From the NCBI GenBank assembly GCA_046290465.1, contig JBKAGP010000001.1:32001-96000 (forward strand): 64,000 nt of DNA. Reading direction: 5' to 3'. The notes below the pieces were generated by a model that was not told where the DNA came from, did no database searches, and saw only the letters and a program-made list of their open reading frames with translations. The stretch's first letter is position 1. Each line of letters begins with the position of its first letter. Positions 55,071-64,000 of this stretch are shown here, one piece after another. The position numbers were made by a program, and so were the translations under genes. Origin of the DNA: Planctomycetota bacterium (lineage in GTDB: Bacteria; Planctomycetota; UBA1135; UBA2386).

Positions 55071-55109
55071 CGTTGCAGCTATTGTCGGGCCCGACCCCAC
55101 CCGTCTCCC

Positions 55110-57031
<1,922 letters not shown>

Positions 57032-57035
<4 letters not shown>

Positions 57036-58210
57036 GCGGCGTCGCCGTCGAAGCCGCTTCGGAGCAGACGATGCAGCGCGAGATCGGCAGGTGGGATCGC
57101 GGCCGGCCCGGGCCGACGCTGCTGGTCACCGGCGGCATCCACGGCAACGAGCCGGCCGGGGTGCACGCCGCCGAGCGGGTGCTGGCGCAGCTGCAAGAAC
57201 GCGAACCCGACCTGCGCGGCCGGCTGGTGGCGCTGCGCGGCAACCTCAGCGCTCTGTCGACGCGGCGCCGGTTCCTTTCGCGCGACCTCAACCGCGGCTG
57301 GAGCGACGCGGCGATCACCCGCACGCGCGCGCGCGACGAGCGCGAACGTTCTCCCGAGGACCGCGAGCAGCTCGAACTGCTCGAGGCGTTCGACGAGGTC
57401 GAGCGCACCGCGTCCGGCCCGATCCTGTTCGTCGACCTGCACACCAGCTCGGCCGAGGGCTCGCCGTTCCTGTGCCTCGCCGACACGATCGACAACCGCC
57501 GCCTGGGCATGTCGACCGGCGTGCCGATCATCCTCGGCATCGAGGAGAACATCGCCGGGGCGTCGCTCGAGTGGTTCGCCGATCGCGGCATCGCCGGCTT
57601 CGCGGTCGAGGGCGGCCAGCACGACAGCGACGAGGCGGTCGACAACCACGAGGCCGTGCTGTGGGGGCTGTTGGTCGAGCTCGGCATGCTGGCGGCGGAC
57701 TTCGTCGACCTGGCGCCGCACCGCGAACGGCTGCGCCGGGCCGTCGGCGACGCGCCCCCGATCGTCGAGATCACGCACCGCGAGGAGATCGCGCCCGAGC
57801 ACGCGTTCCGGATGGAGCCCGGCTTCGTCAACTTCGCGCGGGTCGCCAAGGGGGCGCTGCTGGCGCGCAACCGCGACGGGGAGATCCGGGCGCCGAGCGC
57901 CTGCCACGTGATGCTGCCGCTCTACCAGGAGCAGGGCGACGACGGCTTCTTCCTGGCGCGGCGGGTGCGCTGGTTCTGGCTGTGGTTGGCGAAGTGGCTG
58001 CGCGCGATGCGCCTCGGCGGGCTGCTGCCGGTGCTGCCCGGCATCTCGCGCGCGCCCGACGATCGCAACACGCTGCTGGCCGATCCGCGGGTCGCGCGCT
58101 GGTTCGTCGTCGAGGTCTTCCACCTGCTCGGTTTCCGCAAGGAGTCCCGACGCGGGAATCGCCTGGCGTTCTCGCGGCGCGTCTCGCGGCCCGAGAACCG
58201 GCGGCTCTGA
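57032..58210 (+). CDS. Succinylglutamate desuccinylase/aspartoacylase family (M14-like) enzyme
   Basis: GGIHGNEPAG, DLNRGW, DLHTSS and VEGGQH; ATGA overlap with the ligase. Confidence 0.88.
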
Positions 58211-58398
58211 ACCCGCGCGGCAACCGTCGATGGCGCCGGGCCGAGGGGCGCCGCGGCGCCCGCGCGACGGTGACCCTGCGTCGTCGCCGCGCCGCGCACG
58301 TGGCGTAGGTGGTGGCGGCGGCCGTCGTAGGGGCTGTCCCCTACGCGGGTGGGCGCATGAGACGCCGCCCATCGCGGTCGAAACGGGGTGGGTAAGGA

Positions 58399-58860
58399 AT
58401 GAGACCGATGCAAGGAACCGACATCCCGACCGAGACCGCGCCCGAGGTCGAAGCGCTGCAGGCCGCGGCGCGGCTGGTGGTGGCGACGTCGCTCGGCCAC
58501 GAGGGGCTGCAGCTGCGACGCACCGAGCGCGACGAACAGCCGTTCGAGCTGGGCTTCGACGACGGCCGCACGATGCCGGCCTGGGACGGCCTGCTGCTCG
58601 ACGTCGCGGCGCGCCAGGAGGTGGGGGGCTGCCGGCCCGCGTTCTCCGCGTGCGTGACCGACGAGTGCCGCAAGTGCCTCGCGTCGTTCGCGGTCGAGCA
58701 GCACCACATCACCAACGCGCGCAGCGTGCTCGAGGACATCTGCGAGTCGGCGGCGCGCGACGTCGACCGCTACGGGGAGGCGATCGCGGCGGTCGCGCGC
58801 GAACTGCTGCTGCGCGAGCAGGTCGACCAGGACTTCGCTCGGCAGGTGATGTGGGGCTGA
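58399..58860 (+). CDS. Hypothetical protein, possibly a degenerate M41/FtsH-like protease domain
   Basis: 153-aa ORF with typical codon usage (start may be 58408); C-terminus AIAAVARELLLREQVDQD. Confidence 0.65.
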   Translation: MRPMQGTDIPTETAPEVEALQAAARLVVATSLGHEGLQLRRTERDEQPFELGFDDGRTMPAWDGLLLDVAARQEVGGCRPAFSACVTDECRKCLASFAVEQHHITNARSVLEDICESAARDVDRYGEAIAAVARELLLREQVDQDFARQVMWG

Positions 58861-58873
58861 GGTCCGGCCGGCC

Positions 58874-59986
58874 TCAGCCCTGCACCAGGCCGTAGAACGC
58901 CGGGTCGCGCACCTCGGGGCACAGCTCGGGTGGCAGCAGCAGCGTGCGACCGGCCCAGATCTCGGTGAACACGCGGTACTCGAGCGCGGTCTGGTCGAGG
59001 TAGGCGACGCCGTCGCTGCCGCCGGTGCCGACGCGGCGCCCGATCACGCGTTCGACCATGCGCGCATGCCGCTGGCGGAACGCGAGCATCGCCTGCTCGC
59101 ACTCGATCAGGCCGTCGATGATCGCGCCCGGCCAGCTCAGCAGCGGCAGTGCGCGGTTGCTGTCGACGAACAGGATCGCCGCGCGCAGCCGGCGCACGAA
59201 CGCGCGGCGGTCGTCGGCGACGTCCTCGGCGTCGAGGTGCCGCCTGGCGCCGCGCAGCTGGCCCTCGTAGCGCTGCCGCAGCCGGGCCTCGTCGTCGGGT
59301 GACAAAGCCTGCGCCTTGACCGCGTACTGCAGCGCGCGTTCGTGCAGCTGCTGGTGGCCGCGATAGTAGTCCTCGCCCCACAGCGCGACCGCCGCGTCGT
59401 CGCCGTCCTGGCCCGGCACGCTGCCCTGGATCGGGGTGCGGTGCAGCCAGCCGCGCACCGCGTCCTTGAGCGTCGGGGTGTCGGCGATCCGGCGGGTCAC
59501 CCGCGCGTGCGCGGGAGATGGCGTGCCGTCGTGGCTCTTCAGCGCGTCGAGGTAGCTGCCCTCCTTGCCGAACGGGATGCGGTCGTCGTCGTCGAGGCCC
59601 ATCAGCACCTCGATCTCGCGCATCTGCGCCGACTGGAAGCCGGACGCCGGGTTGAGCTTGTCGCGGAACGTCAGGTAGTCCTGCGTGCGCATCGTCTCCA
59701 TCAGCCGGAAGTGTTGCGCCGCCAGCTCGAAGCAGATGGTGACGCGCTTCAGGCTCTGCACCGCGCCGGCCAGCGCGTCCTCCGGAACGTGCGGCTTGGC
59801 GAACAGGTCGCGCGCCGTCGCCAGCTCACGCAGCACGAGCTTGAACCAGAGCTCGTCGACCTGGTGGATGACGATGAAGCGGACCTCGTCGTTGCAGAGG
59901 TCCTGCTCGCTCGCGTCGATCCCGCTCTGCAGCTGCAGCAGGTCCTCGACGCGGATGTAGTCCCAGTAGCTGGCCTTCTTTGGCAT
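58874..59986 (-). CDS. kynA: Tryptophan 2,3-dioxygenase family protein
   Basis: YWDYI..LLQLQ, FIVIHQVDELWFK, ASGFQSAQMR and VERVIGRRVGTGGSDGVAYL. Confidence 0.9.
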   Translation of the reverse strand: MPKKASYWDYIRVEDLLQLQSGIDASEQDLCNDEVRFIVIHQVDELWFKLVLRELATARDLFAKPHVPEDALAGAVQSLKRVTICFELAAQHFRLMETMRTQDYLTFRDKLNPASGFQSAQMREIEVLMGLDDDDRIPFGKEGSYLDALKSHDGTPSPAHARVTRRIADTPTLKDAVRGWLHRTPIQGSVPGQDGDDAAVALWGEDYYRGHQQLHERALQYAVKAQALSPDDEARLRQRYEGQLRGARRHLDAEDVADDRRAFVRRLRAAILFVDSNRALPLLSWPGAIIDGLIECEQAMLAFRQRHARMVERVIGRRVGTGGSDGVAYLDQTALEYRVFTEIWAGRTLLLPPELCPEVRDPAFYGLVQG

Positions 59987-60067
59987 CCCGACACGGTAGC
60001 CGCGCCGGGGCCGCAGACCATACGGCGCCTGCCCGAGGGCGGTGCCACAGCAGGGCCGAGTCCGGCC

Positions 60068-60405
60068 CTAGCGGGCAAGCCCCGTCCGCACGCGTACTCG
60101 CCGCTTCCGCGATCACGGTTGGCAGCGCGTCCACTACATGGACGCGCTCCTAGCGGGCAAAGCCCCGTGCGCACGCGTACTCGCCGCTTCCGCGATCACG
60201 GTTGGCAGCGCGTCCACTACATGGACGCGCTCCTAGCGGGCAAAGCCCCGTGCGCACGCGTACTCGCCGCTTCCGCGATCACGGTTGGCAGCGCGTCCAC
60301 TCCATGGACGCGCTCTTAGCGGGCAAAGCCCCGTCCGCACGCGTACACGCCGCTTCCGCGATCACGGTCGGCAGCGCGTCCCCTACATGGACGCGCTCCT
60401 AGCGG
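60068..60405. repeat. 83-bp tandem repeat x4 with internal palindromes (BIME-like)
   Basis: Units start at 60068, 60150, 60233 and 60316, with a partial fifth at 60399; each holds AGCGCGTCCA-N5-TGGACGCGCT and GGGC-AAA-GCCC, with minor variants. Confidence 0.95.
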
Positions 60406-62477
60406 TTGGACAGGTTGAAGTTGATCGTGATCGTGTCCTGTCCCGGGCTGACCACCAGCTCCTGCTCGGTCTCCTTCATGTCGAGCAGCGCGCCGAACGG
60501 GTTCTCCGCCGAGTGGCGGGCGGCGGTGATCTTGTAGGTGCCGGGCGGCACCCGCTTGCCCATCACGTAGTTGCCGTTGCCGTCGCTGAGCACGTGGGTG
60601 CTGAACAGGCGCTTGGCCGCCTCGCGCTGCTGCTCCGGCGTCATCTTGGCGCCGGGCTGGATCGCGCCCTGCTGGCCGGGGGCCGGCGCCGGCATCGAGA
60701 TCACGACCTTGACCTGGCCGGTCGGCAGGCCGCCGACCGTCGTCACGCCCTGCACACGGCAACCGAGCTGCAGCTCGATGACGCCGGCGTCGACGACCTG
60801 GCCTTCCTGGTCGAGCTTGATGTTGATCGCGGTGCCCTCGCAGTACTTCGGGTGCGCGACGCGGATCATGTAGTCGGCGAACGACAGCTTGCTGATACGG
60901 AAGCGGCCCTGCCCGTCGGTGCGCACCTTCTTGGTGGTGTGCTTCTCCGGGATCATGCTCTTGAAGATGTCGAACAGGCCGGTGCCCGCCGCGAGGCCGG
61001 CGTTCATGTCGGACGTCACGTAGGCGCCGGCGACCGGCTGGCCGCGGTCGTCGATGACGGTCCCGGTGATCGAGCCGCCGTCGGTCAGCACCGCGATCAC
61101 CTCGACCTGGCCCTCGTCACCCTGCACGACGTGGAACATCGGCGACAGCGACTTGGCGTGGTTCTTCTCGGTGATCTGGAACTTGAAGTCGCCGGCCGGC
61201 AGGTTGTCGATGATCGCCCAGTCGCCGGCGTAGTCGCGCGGCGAGATGTTGCGGTCGCGCCAGTCCATCACGTTGCCGATCGCGTCCGGGTTCTGCGGGA
61301 AGGCGCGCTTCAGCGACAGGCGGTAGCTCTTGATCGGCCGCTGCTGCGACGTCAGCACCTTCAGCTTGACGCTCGCGCGCGGGTGCATGACGACCTTGAT
61401 GTCCTCGCTGGTCAGCGCCACCGGGATCTCGACCTCGGCGAACTTGCGCGCCGACGCGGTCAGGCGGTACGGGCCGCTGCGCAGCGGCGGGAACTCGAAC
61501 TCGCCCTGGTCGTCGGCGTAGATCGTCTCGTTCTGCGGCGTCTTGACGCTGAGGCCGTTGGCCTTGATCTCGGCACCGGGGATGCGCTTGCCGCGCGGGT
61601 CGACGACGACGCCGGTGATCGTGCTGCCGGCCTCGATCTCGAGCGTGAACTCGTTCGGCTTGTCGGCTGCGATCTGCTGGTTGAGCTTGGTGCCGGTGGC
61701 GTAGCCGGCGGCTTCGGCGGTCAGGTTGATCGCGCCGATGCGCGGGCCGCTGGTGAAGCGGAAGAAGCCGTTGCCGTCGGTGATCGCCTGGGCGCCGCGC
61801 TCGCGGCCCGGCGTCGCCGACATCGCGTGGGTGCGGGCGCTCGCCATCATGAACACGGCCGCGTTGGCGACCGGCGCCTTGGTCATCGCGTCGAGCACGC
61901 GACCCTGGACCGTCAGGCCGATCTCGAGCTTGAGGTCGCCGGCGTCGAACCAGTCGTCGGCGCGCACCGTGATCGGCGACTTCGACAGCTCGGGGTACTG
62001 GTCGGTGACGATGCGCAGGTCGACCTTCTGGCCGGGCTGCAACACGCCGAGCGCGAACGAGCCGTCCTCGACGGTGGCGCTGCTGGCGATCGGCGGCGCG
62101 ACCTGGCCGGTCTTGTTCTTGAGGAACATGTCGATCATGTTGCTCATCGCGTTCTCGAGCAGCATCACGCGCACGCCGACCGCGGCGCTGCCGTCGGGCA
62201 GCAGCACGCGGCCCTTGACGCCCTGCGGCGCGTCGGCGTGCGAGTCGCCCTCGGTGACCTCGACCCGCTCGATCGGGCGCGGCTCCTGGTCCTTGGCCTT
62301 GGCCGGCGCCGTCTTCGGGTCCTGCGGACCCTGGTCCTGCTCGGGCTGCTTCTGCGGCTGCTGGCCGGACGGCGGCGCGACCGGCGTCGTGCCGCCCTGG
62401 TTGAAGTAGTAGAAGGCTCCGCCAGCGGCAGCGGCGACGAGCAGGAGCGGGACGGCGATCTTGGCGACGGAGGACAC
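60399..62477 (-). CDS. Membrane-anchored carboxypeptidase regulatory-like domain repeat protein
   Basis: N-terminal TM; repeated (V/I)xGxVxD..G.PV.GA.V ... TDxxGxF beta-sandwich units. Confidence 0.85.
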   Translation of the reverse strand: MSSVAKIAVPLLLVAAAAGGAFYYFNQGGTTPVAPPSGQQPQKQPEQDQGPQDPKTAPAKAKDQEPRPIERVEVTEGDSHADAPQGVKGRVLLPDGSAAVGVRVMLLENAMSNMIDMFLKNKTGQVAPPIASSATVEDGSFALGVLQPGQKVDLRIVTDQYPELSKSPITVRADDWFDAGDLKLEIGLTVQGRVLDAMTKAPVANAAVFMMASARTHAMSATPGRERGAQAITDGNGFFRFTSGPRIGAINLTAEAAGYATGTKLNQQIAADKPNEFTLEIEAGSTITGVVVDPRGKRIPGAEIKANGLSVKTPQNETIYADDQGEFEFPPLRSGPYRLTASARKFAEVEIPVALTSEDIKVVMHPRASVKLKVLTSQQRPIKSYRLSLKRAFPQNPDAIGNVMDWRDRNISPRDYAGDWAIIDNLPAGDFKFQITEKNHAKSLSPMFHVVQGDEGQVEVIAVLTDGGSITGTVIDDRGQPVAGAYVTSDMNAGLAAGTGLFDIFKSMIPEKHTTKKVRTDGQGRFRISKLSFADYMIRVAHPKYCEGTAINIKLDQEGQVVDAGVIELQLGCRVQGVTTVGGLPTGQVKVVISMPAPAPGQQGAIQPGAKMTPEQQREAAKRLFSTHVLSDGNGNYVMGKRVPPGTYKITAARHSAENPFGALLDMKETEQELVVSPGQDTITINFNLSNR

Positions 62478-62496
62478 GGTGGCGATCGACAGTGGG

Positions 62497-64000
62497 TTAG
62501 TTCGCGGGCAGGTTCAGGTGCTGCACGACGACGTCCTGGCCCTGCGGCACGAGCACGGTCGTCGACGACTTCTTGAGCTGCAACATCTGCTGGAAGATCT
62601 CGGTATCGGGCTGGGCGCCGCCGACGACGGCCGCCCGCAGCACGTAGCTGCCCGGCCGGATCCGACGGGAGAAGGCGTAGCGACCTTCCCGGTCCGTTAC
62701 GGTTTCTAGACGGATCGACTGATCGGCCGGCGCGGTGCTTTCGGTGGTGAGGATCACCTTCATCTGTCCCGCGATGCGCCCGTCGACCTTCGCGGTGCCC
62801 CGGACGAGCGCTCCCGACGGCATCGTGATGGCGGGCAAGGTCCGTTCCTGTGGGAGGTTGCAGTCCAGGTTGCGGACGAACGTGCGGCACGCGTCGGGGT
62901 GCTCGAGCTGCAGCTGGTAGGAGGCGGCAGCCAGCCGTTCGAGCGCGAACCGTCCCTGGGCGTCGGTCGTCACCGTGCGGCGGCTGATCCTGGACGGCAC
63001 CGAGCGCTGCAGCGCCCGCAGCACCGGGTGGTCCGGCATCGTGCCGACCACCTGGGTCGTCACCCTGGCCCCGACCAGCGGCCGGCCCCGCTCGTCGACG
63101 ACCTGCCCGCGCACGATCGCGCCGCGCGAGACGGTCAGTTCGAGGCGCTGCAGCGTGCCGGGCGAACCGGCCCCCGGAGACCCGTCGGGCGCGGTGCCGT
63201 CGGGCGGCGGGAAGCGGACCGGCAGCGACAGCGTCTTGGCAAAGCCGTCGGCCTCGACCTCGCAGACGTAGGTGCCGTCGGGCACCCCGACGATCTCGGC
63301 GTGGTCGGTGGCGTTGTCCAGGCGCACCCGCTGCTCGGGCACCTGGTGCATCGCGCCGATCTGGCCGGCTGCCAGCGCCACTTCGTCGAGCGGCGCGTCG
63401 AGGTCGGCGGGGAAGAAGCGCCGCAGCGCCAGCCGGTAGCGACGCAGCACGCCGCCGTTGGGGGTGTAGGCGGTCAGGTGGATGCGGTGCTGCGGCTGCA
63501 GGGTCAGCGGCAGTGGCTCGCCGGTCTCGACCCCGGTGCGCTCGAGCCTGGCGAAGCCGCGCGCGCGGCACACGATGCGGTGCTTGCCGGGCCGCAGGCC
63601 ATGCACCGCGAACGCGCCGCGCTCGTCGCTGTAGCCGACCAGCGGCGGCAGGCTGGCCTGCTTCGGCCACGCCTCGATGCGGGCGTCGGCGATCGCGGCC
63701 CCGGTGACGGTGCGCACCGTGCCGACCAGCGTCAGGCCGGTCGGCAGTTCGAAGTCGAGCGTGACCGGCAGGTCGGGGCGCAGTTCGACGTCGCGCTGCA
63801 CCACCCGGGCGAATCCCGGGGCGACCGCGGCCACCTGCACGACGCCGCGGGTCGGGGCGTGCGGCAGTTCGTAGGAACCGTTGTGGTCGACGTGCGCGAC
63901 CAGCGCGCCGCGGCCACCGGGCAGCGCCTGCAGCGCCGCGTCGGCGAACGGTCCGCCCGCCGACACCGTCACCACCGCCTGTGGCACCGGCAGGTCCGGC
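62497..64000 (-). CDS. Carboxypeptidase regulatory-like domain repeat protein (5' end outside the window)
   Basis: Same repeat type (GQVVDERGRPLVGARV, TDAQGRF, TDREGRY); frame open to the window edge; paralog-like to its neighbour. Confidence 0.85.
   Translation of the reverse strand, partial: PDLPVPQAVVTVSAGGPFADAALQALPGGRGALVAHVDHNGSYELPHAPTRGVVQVAAVAPGFARVVQRDVELRPDLPVTLDFELPTGLTLVGTVRTVTGAAIADARIEAWPKQASLPPLVGYSDERGAFAVHGLRPGKHRIVCRARGFARLERTGVETGEPLPLTLQPQHRIHLTAYTPNGGVLRRYRLALRRFFPADLDAPLDEVALAAGQIGAMHQVPEQRVRLDNATDHAEIVGVPDGTYVCEVEADGFAKTLSLPVRFPPPDGTAPDGSPGAGSPGTLQRLELTVSRGAIVRGQVVDERGRPLVGARVTTQVVGTMPDHPVLRALQRSVPSRISRRTVTTDAQGRFALERLAAASYQLQLEHPDACRTFVRNLDCNLPQERTLPAITMPSGALVRGTAKVDGRIAGQMKVILTTESTAPADQSIRLETVTDREGRYAFSRRIRPGSYVLRAAVVGGAQPDTEIFQQMLQLKKSSTTVLVPQGQDVVVQHLNLPAN

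Noticed and set aside
58326..58345. CGTAGGGG-CTGT-CCCCTACG mini-palindrome resembling a GTAG REP
   Set aside because: A single 8-bp-stem copy in the window; too short to distinguish from chance or a simple hairpin.
60068..60405. CRISPR array
   Set aside because: The units are near-identical along their whole 83 bp, with no unique spacers and no cas genes in the window.

Overview
High-GC chromosomal window, most likely from a Planctomycetota lineage outside the classical Planctomycetia. This is inferred from 16S signatures (AAGGGTTTGATCC 5' end, GGATGAGGCATGCAAGTC, ACTCCTACGGGAGGCTGC) and a short 5S. Left to right it carries: the start of an aryl-polyene-type type II PKS/FAS operon led by a flavin-dependent halogenase-like gene; a thioredoxin-fold protein; a large ELWxxDGT repeat protein; gatCAB; comF; a Na+/solute symporter; a linked rrn operon (16S-tRNA-Ile-tRNA-Ala-23S-5S); a 4-gene ABC exporter with an orphan histidine kinase; tex; LPS genes (waaF-like, skp, lpxC-fabZ, gnnA-like); an FHA-GAF-sigma54 activator paired with a Ser/Thr kinase; acpS; a JAB protease; a radical SAM enzyme; 6S RNA; a LysM L,D-transpeptidase; a GCS2-CBS ligase paired with an AstE/AspA peptidase; Trp dioxygenase; and two carboxypeptidase-regulatory-domain proteins. 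The main unexplained signals are (1) a promoter- and terminator-bounded, highly structured ~230-nt orphan RNA convergent with a 73-aa Sm/Hfq-like protein, (2) a stand-alone HUH/Y1 (RAYT-like) nuclease whose upstream motif recurs as both arms of a perfect 33-bp palindrome 4.7 kb away, plus an 83-bp BIME-like array, (3) several unrelated intergenic repeat arrays that share a 14-bp period, (4) a widespread leaderless-promoter architecture, and (5) deletions in universally conserved 23S motifs that may be assembly artefacts. All calls come from reading the sequence by eye; no searches or folding programs were run.
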